A model generated the notes under the pieces. It was not told the DNA's origin and did no database searches. It saw nothing but the letters and a program-made list of their open reading frames with translations. A stretch of DNA of 33,155 nt from an uncultured delta proteobacterium (GTDB lineage Bacteria > Desulfobacterota > Desulfomonilia > UBA1062): positions 1-33,155 of the forward strand of contig CAWAUM010000008.1 in assembly GCA_963785235.1 (NCBI GenBank), read 5' to 3'. Position 1 is the stretch's first letter. Every line of letters starts with the position of its first letter. Shown here in pieces: positions 18,647-27,821 of the stretch. Both the position numbers and the translations under genes were made by a program.

Positions 18647-19474
18647 CTATACGCTCCCCTTCTGTACCTTGCAGATACCCCGACGCATAATCAGCTCCAC
18701 GATGAAGGGGAAGTGCCGTTTCATGAAATAGATGAATTTTCCGTCCACACCGGGGATAATGATGAAGGTCTTGCGTTTGATCCCCTCGATAAGCACCCTG
18801 GCAACTTCATCCGGCTGCATGATCTTGGCTGCGGCCGAAAGCGCCCTGGTCACCTCAGGTTTACAGATGTTTTCTGTGGCGTATCCCGGTGTGTCGGTAT
18901 CGGGAGGGCAGAGCACGGAAACCGTGATATCGTAGCGCCGCAGTTCCTGCCTGAGCACCTCCGAGAGGCCGATGATGCCGAATTTCGAGGCACAATAGTC
19001 CGTATAGCCGAAGACCCCCATGAAGCCGCACAGGGAGGATACATTGACGATTGCGCCGCCCCTGGGCTTCATGTGCGGGATGAGGACCGTGGTGGTATTC
19101 CAGCTGCCGTAGAGGTTGGTCTTCATGGTCTCGTCGAACTGCGCGAAGGTGACTTCCTCGAAACAGCGTGGCAGGGCCCGCCCGGCATTATTAATGAGAA
19201 GGTCCGGGATGCCGAAGTTTTGAACAGCCTCGGTCATGACAGTGTTCACTTTTGTATTGTCCGCCACGTCGAGTTGCCGGAAGGCGAAACGCTGCGCCTG
19301 TAAGATGCGGCGGCTCTCGATTTCTTCGATGGCTGCTTCAAGTTTTTCTTTTGTCCGGGCGAAGATGATGACGTTGGCCCCCGAGGCTGCCAGGAGCCTG
19401 GCAGTAGAAAGGCCAATACCGGTAGATCCGCCGGTAATATAGACGTTCTTATCAAGAAAATCCTTCATTTTCAT
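18647..19474 (-). CDS. SDR oxidoreductase, 3-dehydrosphinganine (3-ketodihydrosphingosine) reductase-like
   Basis: TGGSTGIG, NNAG, S..YCASK catalytic motif. GVFGYTDY and CPPDTDTPGYATENICKP match the KDSR-like subfamily. ATGA-coupled to the PLP enzyme gene. Confidence 0.88.
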   Translation of the reverse strand: MKMKDFLDKNVYITGGSTGIGLSTARLLAASGANVIIFARTKEKLEAAIEEIESRRILQAQRFAFRQLDVADNTKVNTVMTEAVQNFGIPDLLINNAGRALPRCFEEVTFAQFDETMKTNLYGSWNTTTVLIPHMKPRGGAIVNVSSLCGFMGVFGYTDYCASKFGIIGLSEVLRQELRRYDITVSVLCPPDTDTPGYATENICKPEVTRALSAAAKIMQPDEVARVLIEGIKRKTFIIIPGVDGKFIYFMKRHFPFIVELIMRRGICKVQKGSV

Positions 19475-20334
19475 TTCCCCATAGACACGTTCATCTTACT
19501 CCCCAAAGACCTGCAGCAATCAAGAAGATAATCGATCTGTTCCCTGGTGTGGGAGGCCATTACGGTAAATCTGATCCTGGACTGGTTTCTTGTTACCGCA
19601 GGCCATCTGACGCATGGCCCGTATATCCCGTAGTCAACCAGGCGCCGGGAGAATTCCACCCCTTTATCGTCTTTGCCGATCAGTATGGGGATGATCTGGG
19701 TCTCGCTGGAAAAGGTATTGAATCCCAGATCGTTAAACCCTTCCTTCAAATGGTTGGTATTCTCCCATAACTTCGTCCTTAAGGTCGGGTCGCTTTCCAT
19801 GAGATCGATTGCGGCAATAATGGTTGCAGCAGTGGCCGGGGGCATGGCTGCCGAGAACATATACGACCGGGAAGCTACCCTGAGATAATGTATCAGGTCA
19901 TGTGATCCTACGACATACCCGCCCACGGCACCGACGGATTTGCTGAAAGTCCCCATTATGATGTCAATGTCCTTCAAGGGCTTCAGGTGGAAATGCTCAA
20001 TAGTACCGTGTCCATGGGCCCCGAGAATGCCTGTGGCATGGGCTTCATCCACCATGGTGACCGCATCATATTTTTTCGCCAGGTATGCTATCTGATCGAG
20101 GGGGGCGATATCACCATCCATGCTGAATACACCGTCGGTTATGATAAGCTTGCGCCTGCGGCGATGGCGGTTCAGTCTTGCTTCCAGAACATTCATATCC
20201 TTGTGAGGATACACCACGGTCCTTGCCCCGCTCAATCTGCACCCGTCAATAATGCTTGCATGATTCAACTCGTAGGAAAAAACCACGAACTCTACAGTTT
20301 GCGATCTTAAGATCAGCAACTTATTATATATCAT
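19471..20334 (-). CDS. PLP-dependent alpha-oxoamine synthase (serine palmitoyltransferase / 8-amino-7-oxononanoate synthase family), N-terminally truncated, possible pseudogene
   Basis: LNHASIIDG, DGVFSMDGD, DEAH, GTFSKSVGAVGG (PLP Lys at 19939-41), SRIRF. Only 287 aa versus roughly 400 for the family. The N-terminal NYLG and GSR motifs are missing. Confidence 0.8.
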   Translation of the reverse strand: MIYNKLLILRSQTVEFVVFSYELNHASIIDGCRLSGARTVVYPHKDMNVLEARLNRHRRRRKLIITDGVFSMDGDIAPLDQIAYLAKKYDAVTMVDEAHATGILGAHGHGTIEHFHLKPLKDIDIIMGTFSKSVGAVGGYVVGSHDLIHYLRVASRSYMFSAAMPPATAATIIAAIDLMESDPTLRTKLWENTNHLKEGFNDLGFNTFSSETQIIPILIGKDDKGVEFSRRLVDYGIYGPCVRWPAVTRNQSRIRFTVMASHTREQIDYLLDCCRSLGSKMNVSMGK

Positions 20335-20352
20335 GGAGATTTATTTTTTTTG

Positions 20353-20901
20353 TCACAACTTGCTTTTGAAAAAGGTCTGTTTTAATTCAGTGATGTCCCG
20401 CGTGTGAATAGCAATTCTGGTAACCTTACCCAATTCATTATAGATTGGAAACCAGCTGCTGTGGATCAATCTTCCTCGATCCTCATCTTCAAAGCGTATT
20501 GGGTGCCCCAAGCTATTGACCTGTTCAAGGTAAATCTTTCTTCTATCCGCTACCTCATTCGGCAGGTAATCGAAAATACAGGTCCCCAACAATTCGTTAA
20601 GGCTTCTGCCCAGATTGTCTGAAGCCACTTTGTTCACATGAATTATTGTTCCTGTCATGTCTATCAAAACCATGAAATCTGTACATGCGTTCAGTAATGC
20701 CTGTGCTGTTGCTTCAGTCTCCTGAAGTAACTTTTCTTTCTTGATGCGTTCTGTGATTTCCCTGGCAACAGTGATTACTTCAACCACTCTGCCATCCCGT
20801 TTTAAGGGACTGCTGCTGAACTCGCCGAACTTCCGTTTTCCATCTTTGGTTATAAACTCATAGATGGAAGAATTGATTGTCTGCCCTGAGAGTAGATGCA
20901 T
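20353..20901 (-). CDS. PAS-domain protein, C-terminal part of a frameshifted multi-PAS gene
   Basis: Starts mid-PAS (YEFITKDG..REITER), followed by one full PAS ending RDITELK. The frame is open back to the C5 run at 20933-20937. Confidence 0.7.
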   Translation of the reverse strand: MHLLSGQTINSSIYEFITKDGKRKFGEFSSSPLKRDGRVVEVITVAREITERIKKEKLLQETEATAQALLNACTDFMVLIDMTGTIIHVNKVASDNLGRSLNELLGTCIFDYLPNEVADRRKIYLEQVNSLGHPIRFEDEDRGRLIHSSWFPIYNELGKVTRIAIHTRDITELKQTFFKSKL

Positions 20902-22787
20902 AGCTTCATCATAAGCATCATACTGATATTCAGGGGGAACACACCAAGTTTATGGGCAGGTTTCCCGAGAAGTTCTTCAGGTTTGTACCCAGTGACTTTC
21001 TCTACGTTCGGAGAGATACTATTAAACCTAAGCTTGTGATCAAAGGTAAACATGACATCATCAGTGAGGGTGAAATGGGTGCGATACCTTTCCATGGTTT
21101 CCATAAGAACCTGTTCTTTTTCGATGCGCTCGGTGACATCCCTGGCCACGGAGATCAAAGTGGTTCTTTGCCCTTTCTTTATGAGCGGGACACCGCTCAC
21201 TTCGCCGAATTTCGTTTTCCCGTCTTGTGTGATGAACCGATAAATCGGATGGCGACTTGCTCCTCCGGAAAGCACATGCTTTGCATTGTCAGCAGCCTTG
21301 CCCATGTCGTCCGGATGGAGTACGTCCAACTCCTGAAAAGATTTGCCGATCAGTTCCTTGGGCTTGTATCCGAGAACCCTTTCCACGTTCGGTGTGACAC
21401 TGAGGACCCTGAACTCTTCGTCATTCGTGAACATGACATCGTTGCTGAGTGAGAAATGGATGCGGAATATCTCTTCATTTACCCGCAGCGCATCCTCAGC
21501 TCGCTTGCGCTCTTCGATTTGTTTTTCCATCTGCTCAATAGCCTTCACAAGCTTGGTCGTACGTTCTTTAACAAGGTCTTCCAGATGATCACGGTGCTTC
21601 TTCAGTTCCTCTTCTGCATGTTTACGCTCAGTGATGTCGCGAGCAGTTATGACGATGCCTTTGATTGTAGGATCTTCAAGAAGATTCTGCCCTATGGCCT
21701 CCAGGTAAACCCAGGTCCCATCAGCCTTGCGAAAACGGAATTCGGTAGGTATACCGGGATTGGTCTTCAGATAAACTTCATTTAGATCGTTTGCAACTCT
21801 TTCGAGATCAGCGGAATGGATGAATTCAAATGGCAACTTGCCAATAAGATAACCAGGTTGGTAACCAAGGATGTATTCCAAGGATGGGGTCTCATAGATC
21901 ATAAACCCATTCCCGTCCAAGATTATGATTATATCCAAAGATTTCTGGATGAGGGAACGGAAGCGTTTCTCACTCTCCTTCAAGGCAGATTCTGCGCGCC
22001 TGCGATCTCTGATATCACGCGATACCCCATGAATCCCAATGATTTTGCCGGTATCATCGCGGATGAAGCTCGCAACAGTTTCCATCCATACAGTCGAACC
22101 ATTCTTGTGATAATATTCCAGTTCCAACTTGGTAGTTCTCTGTGAATCAACACCCTCAATCTGTTCCCGTTTGAGCTCTTCACTCATGACTTCAGCAACA
22201 TGGGCAAGGGATTCGGGAGTCATCATTTCTGTGGGATCTAGTAGCATACACTCTTCGGGTGTGAACCCAGCGATCTTCTCAATAGAAGGGCTGATAAAAA
22301 TGAGTTTTAAATTCAAGTCCATAATGCCGACTATATCGTTCATATTCTCTGTCAGTAAACGGTACTTGGCCTCGTTCTGTTGCAGCCTTTTCTCTGCATA
22401 CTTGCGTGCAGTTATGTCTGTAAATATAGTGACTAAATATTCTTCATATCCTACTGATATTTTAAATATGTTGAGCAACCCATCTCTACATTCTCCGCCC
22501 TCTTGAGTCACTTGTATCTCCAGGTTTTCTACTTTACCTTTCGTTTGTAATTCATTTAATACAAATGATCGTTTATCAGGTGTAATAATCCCGATTCCAA
22601 TAGATGTGCTCGCAGCTATTTCATCTCGGTTGAGACCTGTGAGGTCTAAGAAAGCATCACTGACTTCAATGAAATGACCATCTTTGATGTTTGTGATGCC
22701 CATGGGGATTGAACTCTGTTTGAAGGCTTTTTCAAATATTCCTTCGGTTTTTATAAGCGATTCATCTTCAATATTTATTTTGGTCAT
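20850..22787 (-). CDS. Multi-PAS sensor protein, N-terminal part (frameshifted near 20935)
   Basis: Repeated PAS/PAC units ending TDITARK, RDIRDRR, RDITERK and RDVTER, plus coiled coil HRDHLEDLVKERT. Start ATG 22787 after GGAG (the track's TTG 22811 is an alternative). Confidence 0.8.
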   Translation of the reverse strand: MTKINIEDESLIKTEGIFEKAFKQSSIPMGITNIKDGHFIEVSDAFLDLTGLNRDEIAASTSIGIGIITPDKRSFVLNELQTKGKVENLEIQVTQEGGECRDGLLNIFKISVGYEEYLVTIFTDITARKYAEKRLQQNEAKYRLLTENMNDIVGIMDLNLKLIFISPSIEKIAGFTPEECMLLDPTEMMTPESLAHVAEVMSEELKREQIEGVDSQRTTKLELEYYHKNGSTVWMETVASFIRDDTGKIIGIHGVSRDIRDRRRAESALKESEKRFRSLIQKSLDIIIILDGNGFMIYETPSLEYILGYQPGYLIGKLPFEFIHSADLERVANDLNEVYLKTNPGIPTEFRFRKADGTWVYLEAIGQNLLEDPTIKGIVITARDITERKHAEEELKKHRDHLEDLVKERTTKLVKAIEQMEKQIEERKRAEDALRVNEEIFRIHFSLSNDVMFTNDEEFRVLSVTPNVERVLGYKPKELIGKSFQELDVLHPDDMGKAADNAKHVLSGGASRHPIYRFITQDGKTKFGEVSGVPLIKKGQRTTLISVARDVTERIEKEQVLMETMERYRTHFTLTDDVMFTFDHKLRFNSISPNVEKVTGYKPEELLGKPAHKLGVFPLNISMMLMMKLCIYSQGRQSILPSMSL

Positions 22788-22898
22788 CTTCGCTCCCAGA
22801 TCATTGACCAAGTTAATATATGAATAATATAGTTAAAAATTAAAATGACTAGGCACGTGATCTATGTTTCAGCTTATAATATTATACAGAGCAAGTTG

Positions 22899-23285
22899 TT
22901 ACTCAACTTCAAGCACCCTTGAGATGGCCTCGGACATATCCTTTAAGTTTATAGGCTTCCTGAGAAATAGTTTAACACCCATTTCTTTTGCATTTTCCTC
23001 CGTGATATTTTGACCGTATCCGGAATAGAGAATAACCGGCATGCTAAAACGTATCTTCATAATCTTACTTGCCAGTTTATCGCCTGTCATATGGGGCATT
23101 GTCATATCGGTTATGACCAGATCGAACTGATTGGGATCTGTCCTGAACAAATCAAGAGCATTAATACTGCTGGATAACGCTGTAACCTTATAACCCAACT
23201 GCTCAAGCATTCTTGTTGTAACTTCGAGCACAGCTGTTTCATCATCAACTAGGAGAATTTTGCGAGGTTCTTTTGCTTGTTTCAT
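22899..23285 (-). CDS. Single-domain response regulator (receiver only)
   Basis: ILLVDDE, phospho-Asp in DLVITDMTMP, ILYSG, KP. Confidence 0.9.
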   Translation of the reverse strand: MKQAKEPRKILLVDDETAVLEVTTRMLEQLGYKVTALSSSINALDLFRTDPNQFDLVITDMTMPHMTGDKLASKIMKIRFSMPVILYSGYGQNITEENAKEMGVKLFLRKPINLKDMSEAISRVLEVE

Positions 23286-23375
23286 ATTATATCCAGATCA
23301 ATAGCCTTGTTCTGCTTGGATAATTTAATAAATTAATACATAAATGTATCCCAAAAAACATAAATATCGGTAAAA

Positions 23376-23413
23376 AAAATGACATAGGAAACTAATAAAT
23401 CCTATGCCATTTT
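23376..23413 (-). terminator. Hairpin followed by T-run; probable intrinsic terminator of the PAS-LuxR gene (or a dyad operator)
   Basis: Minus strand: AAAATGGCATAGGA-N10-TCCTATGTCATTTT running into a longer T tract. 13/14 match, and the mismatch is a G-U pair. Confidence 0.45.
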
Positions 23414-23550
23414 AACAACTCTGGCTTTCCGAGTATAAACATATTGTATTGAAGATAGGATTTCCTCCTTATGCGCCTTGAGATATCGCTTGTCGATAAT
23501 GTAAGATTGCCTGGATATTAGTGGTCAATTATAACTAATAAATTAAGTTC

Positions 23551-25275
23551 TTAATCCAGTGTTTGAAGATAAGATCTTAGGTTAACTTTGTTATTCTTCA
23601 AGCCTGTCTTTATCCGGATGTTATATCGATAAGAGTGGACCGTATTCAGAGATATATTCATGATCTCAGCTATGTCTTTCGATCTCTTACCTTCCCTGAT
23701 CATGGAAGCTATCTGTATTTCGCTGGGTGTGAGGCTGAGGAATTGGGAAGACAGCTTCTTGATAAATGGTGAAGTTATCTCTTTCAGGCGTGATTTGATC
23801 ATGGAAAGGCAGTGCTTCTCATCCTCCTTCAAACTTATAGTATCAAGCCTCTCCACATAGGGCATGACCGACACTTTTATATTCGAGATGATATTGTCTT
23901 CCAAATTAATCTTGTCATTTTCACGCTGTTTAAGAAGTATCCTCAAGGCTGCATTCATCTCCTCTAGGTCCTCCCTGCCCCTTTCCAGTTCGAGTTCCCT
24001 GGACCTCAGGGTTTCTTCTGTAGTCTTGCTGATCTCGATTGCATGCTTCAACTCAATATTTGATTTGTTAAGCTCCGCGGTACGATCATTAACAAGTACT
24101 TCTAGGTGATCACGGTATTTCTTCAGTTCTTCCTCTGCTCTCCTTTGATCAGTGATGTCATATAGATGTGATAGTATACAGGGTTTGTTATTGATCTCGA
24201 TGAGCCTCGCTGAAAGGAGAATATCTCGAATAGTCCCTTCCCTGGTCCTGAATTTTAGTTTCCAGGAATCGATAAAACCTTTATCGAAAATTTCTCTTAC
24301 ATACTGGCTTCGTTCCATCGTACTTATAAACCCGAGTTCTGCTCCAGTAAGCCCGATTGTTTCATCATGCGAATAGCCAGTCCAGAACACGCAAGCATTG
24401 TTTACATCGATGGTTTTTCCGCTCTCAGCTTCAGTGATGACCATGGGGGCAGGGCTGTCATAAAAGGCTGCAGCGAATTTTTTTTTGGACATCTCTAAGA
24501 GGTACTCAGTATGCTTGCGTTTTGTCACATCACGGTCTATGCCCCGGTAGCCTATAAATTGACCATCTGCATCAAATAGAGGAAGGGCATTGGATTCCAG
24601 AACCCTGAGTGAACCATCCTTGTGAATGGCTCGGTATTCAAGATTTCTCCAAGGCTTAGGGTTGTGCTTCAGGTCTTCCCAGTTCGCTGGTATTCGTTCC
24701 ACCTCCTCGGATGGAAGAAAGTCTACCGACTTCTTCCCGATTACTTCCTCTGGGGAATAACCAAGAACATCCTTGATCTTAGGACTGGCATATATACAAC
24801 ACATCTGGTTATCTACCTCCCAGATCCAGTCGGTTGAGTTTTCAGTTAGATCACGGAAGCGTGCCTCACTCTCCCTAAGCGCCTCCTCTGCCCGTTTACG
24901 TTCGGTAAGGTCGATTGCAAATCCCTCAATGTAACCATCCTGTGGATAGAGCTGAAGGGACAAAAGATTGTGGACGATCTCACCACCTTTGGTTACAAAA
25001 TCTACCTCATATTTCAAAATATAGCCATCCTTTATGAGCTGTTTTACCATCTCCTCATGGGCTTTTGGATCAGCCCAGTGGGTAGTAAACGGCTTGAAAA
25101 GCAACTCTTCCCTAGTGTACCCAAGTATATTGCAGAGTGCTTGATTGACTTCGAGTAATGCCGACCCGTCAAGGTTTGATCGGTACATCCCGACTGCTTC
25201 ATTTTCAAAGAGATTCATATACTTCTGTTGGCTCTTCTTCAGCTCATCATCGTGTCCTGTATTCTTTGTGGTCAA
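23551..25275 (-). CDS. PAS-domain LuxR-family transcriptional regulator
   Basis: Three PAS/PAC units, a coiled coil, and C-terminal LuxR HTH LTPSEIQIASMIREGKRSKDIAEIMNISLNTVHSYRYNIR. TTG start after GGAGGTG. Confidence 0.9.
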   Translation of the reverse strand: MTTKNTGHDDELKKSQQKYMNLFENEAVGMYRSNLDGSALLEVNQALCNILGYTREELLFKPFTTHWADPKAHEEMVKQLIKDGYILKYEVDFVTKGGEIVHNLLSLQLYPQDGYIEGFAIDLTERKRAEEALRESEARFRDLTENSTDWIWEVDNQMCCIYASPKIKDVLGYSPEEVIGKKSVDFLPSEEVERIPANWEDLKHNPKPWRNLEYRAIHKDGSLRVLESNALPLFDADGQFIGYRGIDRDVTKRKHTEYLLEMSKKKFAAAFYDSPAPMVITEAESGKTIDVNNACVFWTGYSHDETIGLTGAELGFISTMERSQYVREIFDKGFIDSWKLKFRTREGTIRDILLSARLIEINNKPCILSHLYDITDQRRAEEELKKYRDHLEVLVNDRTAELNKSNIELKHAIEISKTTEETLRSRELELERGREDLEEMNAALRILLKQRENDKINLEDNIISNIKVSVMPYVERLDTISLKEDEKHCLSMIKSRLKEITSPFIKKLSSQFLSLTPSEIQIASMIREGKRSKDIAEIMNISLNTVHSYRYNIRIKTGLKNNKVNLRSYLQTLD

Positions 25276-25694
25276 GGTGCACCTCCAGGTTGATCAAGGT
25301 GTTATGTTCAATCTAGTTTCTTGCTTCGTTATCTATCCAGAAGTTAAGAAGAATAGCATGTTTCAATAGATTCCAAAATAACTTATCTGTTTCAAACTCA
25401 GATTATAAAACACTGATTACTGCGATAAATGGGTGCTTTGTAAATGCCCTAAAATTGATGATCTGCTGATGTAACCTATACTAAGATCCGCTTCATTACT
25501 GACCACGCATCATAGCATGAACTCTATGATTGGAATCTCGAGATACTAATCATGAATCCATCGAAGATAATCTCTATTTTTGCCTAAGTGAAGGTTGCTT
25601 CGCAGGTAAATCAAGACTGATCCGGTTACAAAAAACGATCTTCCTGTTTACGAACCTGTACGTCCATATAATTGCGTGAATGAGATAAAAATTA

Positions 25695-25740
25695 TAACTG
25701 ATTGATAAAAGGATAAGATCAACTTTGGTCTGCATATTGC
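25695..25740 (+). promoter_or_regulatory. Putative sigma54 promoter with upstream IHF site
   Basis: TGG-TCTGCATA-TTGC (25726-25740) has exact -24/-12 spacing. The reverse complement of 25695-25707 is TATCAATCAGTTA, matching IHF consensus WATCARNNNNTTR. Confidence 0.5.
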
Positions 25741-25779
25741 GATAGGGAAACTATTGCAATCACAGTATTGGAGGTCACT

Positions 25780-26328
25780 ATGATGAATCTCGTACAGAGC
25801 CCCGCCTTGAAAAGACTCTGGTATAGATTGCGTGCCTATCCTACCAACAGTGGAGACATAACCGCTATCTGGAATACTCTAAAAGACACATGTCATTTTT
25901 CGGGGCAATTGAAGAAGACTTCAGGACAACATCTAGTAGTAAAAGCCCTCCCTCATGGAAACGAAAGGATTCTTGTCATCGATGATGAGCCGGATATTGT
26001 GATGATGGAAGAAGAGATCCTGAATATCCTGGGGTATCATGTGGTCTCCAAAACAGACAGCGTGGAGGCCCTTGGTCTATTTCAGGAAAATCCGGAAAGA
26101 TTTGATCTGGTGATAACCGATATGAGCATGCCATCCATGAATGGGGACATATTGGTCCAGAAACTCCTGGAACTGCGCAGTGATATCCCGATCATTATGT
26201 ACACGGGAAGCTTTAAGATCATTGATGAGGAAAAGATGAAGAGTCTTGGCCTCCGGGAATGCATCATGAAGCCGGCAAGTTTGAAGATCCTGGCCGAGAC
26301 GGTCCGGCGGGTGCTAGATAGTGATTAG
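25780..26328 (+). CDS. Response regulator receiver protein with short N-terminal extension
   Basis: LPHGNERILVIDDE, DLVITDMSMP, MYTG, MKP. ATG 25780 or 25783 follows GGAGGT. Confidence 0.85.
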   Translation: MMNLVQSPALKRLWYRLRAYPTNSGDITAIWNTLKDTCHFSGQLKKTSGQHLVVKALPHGNERILVIDDEPDIVMMEEEILNILGYHVVSKTDSVEALGLFQENPERFDLVITDMSMPSMNGDILVQKLLELRSDIPIIMYTGSFKIIDEEKMKSLGLRECIMKPASLKILAETVRRVLDSD

Positions 26329-26832
26329 TCTCAGTTCTTAATGAAACACAAAAAAGGTGATCTACTTCATGGTGTGGCTTACAGCTTAATTTATGCTTTC
26401 AGTCTGAGTTCAGCAAGGCACATTAGTAGGTTTATGGGGAGAATCTTATCAATCAATCCTAGGTTTTGATGAAAGGCTGGAAATTAGATTTGATAGGGAT
26501 TTTGTTATGTGCATGATATCAATAGAATAATTTGATTAAGGGAAAAAAAGCAAGCTAAGATTGTAGGAGATCTCAACATATCATTCAGACAGACCTTGTG
26601 TCTATATTTTTAAAATAACTAAAGAATTGATGCAGAATCATAGATATTTCCGCTCAATTGCTATTCCCAATAACTGTATATTAACCGATGATATCCTGCC
26701 ATATCTTCACTGTTTCAGGATGCCTGAAAAATGAAGGATTTAAACTGAAACCTATGCTGAACATGGTACCTGCTAAGACTAGCGAGTGTGTCAGCCATAC
26801 AGCTTTTCGTAGCTCATTGCAGAAACGCCGGC

Positions 26833-27315
26833 TCACTTGCCACTCTCGAAGAGTTCCGCAGGCAGCGTAAACTCCCCCTTCGAATTGAAACGCACGCTAT
26901 TGAACGCCGGTCCGGCGAGTCGCCCGGTCATCTCATACTCAAGCTTCCTGCGGTATTCGTCGGTTACCACGTCCATGGCCTGGCGCACGATGTGGAACAC
27001 CGAAATACTCACCGGGACGATAACGATCGTCTCACCGAAGGGCGGTACGCTGCCAACAGCGTCGCTAACGCCAGTTGCGAAGCGTTTGCCTTGCACATCC
27101 AGCTGGACTGACACACCGTTGAAGTCCAGTGGCAAGTCATTGGGATTTTGAATCCGCAGCTTGACCAGCATTCGCAACTCCAATCCCTGACTTTGAAGCG
27201 GTTCAACTCCCGCCATGATTACGTCAATGGGTTCGGAGTACCGAAGGCTGGCGCAGCCACCAAATACAAGCACTCCAAAGGCAAGCAGTACGAACAGCAC
27301 GCTTCTAACTGACAT
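26833..27315 (-). CDS. LEA type 2 / WHy (water stress and hypersensitive response) domain lipoprotein
   Basis: Signal peptide with lipobox VFGGC. LRIQNPND..G....L.VQG..FATG motif. GGAG RBS. Confidence 0.85.
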   Translation of the reverse strand: MSVRSVLFVLLAFGVLVFGGCASLRYSEPIDVIMAGVEPLQSQGLELRMLVKLRIQNPNDLPLDFNGVSVQLDVQGKRFATGVSDAVGSVPPFGETIVIVPVSISVFHIVRQAMDVVTDEYRRKLEYEMTGRLAGPAFNSVRFNSKGEFTLPAELFESGK

Positions 27316-27402
27316 GTTGATCTCCGTCGCAGCTTACGGTTCGGTCACCTGTCGGGTACTGGTGTCTAACGATAAATTCCATGGCTACTCCTGTTACCTT
27401 AA

Positions 27403-27459
27403 ACATAACGTGTAGATCACCGGCGACTGTAAGCCGTCCGGTGGATGCTATTGTTCGGA
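27403..27459 (-). mobile_element. Solitary integron attC recombination site (no integrase in window)
   Basis: Minus strand: TCCGAAC-AATAGC-ATCCACCGGACG-GCTTACAGT-CGCCGGTGAT-CTACAC-GTTATGT. AAC/GTT cores, paired L boxes with two unpaired bases on the left arm, 57 bp long. Confidence 0.7.
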
Positions 27460-27766
27460 ATTCTAACTATATTTCCCTGCCAACATATCTACATTTTACA
27501 AATAGTAAGAGATCTCTGGTTGCCATGAAAATCTCAAGGGATGGATGAGCCATGACATTAAATATAAAGCAATGTACTCATATTTCAAGACCAAAGCCCT
27601 ACACAATCGATCACCTGATATCTGTTTAAGAAGTCAGGCGAAAGGCTTCATGGAGTGTTCGAGTAAGCCCTTTGATGTTACATAAATTGAAGCCGTTTGT
27701 ACAGCAATGTAACCGGAATCAACAAAACCAAAAGGTAACGATCCGATAATACAGACTGATATAAAC

Positions 27767-27781
27767 TGGATCATATATTGC
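27767..27781 (+). promoter_or_regulatory. Putative sigma54 -24/-12 promoter
   Basis: TGG-ATCATATA-TTGC with exact spacing, 40 nt upstream of ATG 27822 (RBS GAGGTG). Confidence 0.45.
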
Positions 27782-27821
27782 GTCAGTATATCTTATCTAT
27801 TGAACTACCTGAGGTGAAATA

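Noticed and set aside
19471-20334. bioF of biotin synthesis
   Set aside because: No other bio genes nearby; it is coupled to a KDSR-like SDR and has an SPT-like Lys motif. The subfamily is left open.
25621-27717. Shared 10-mer TGTAACCGGA (inverted at 25621, direct at 27708) as an activator site
   Set aside because: A 10-bp match is expected by chance, and distance and orientation relative to the promoters differ.
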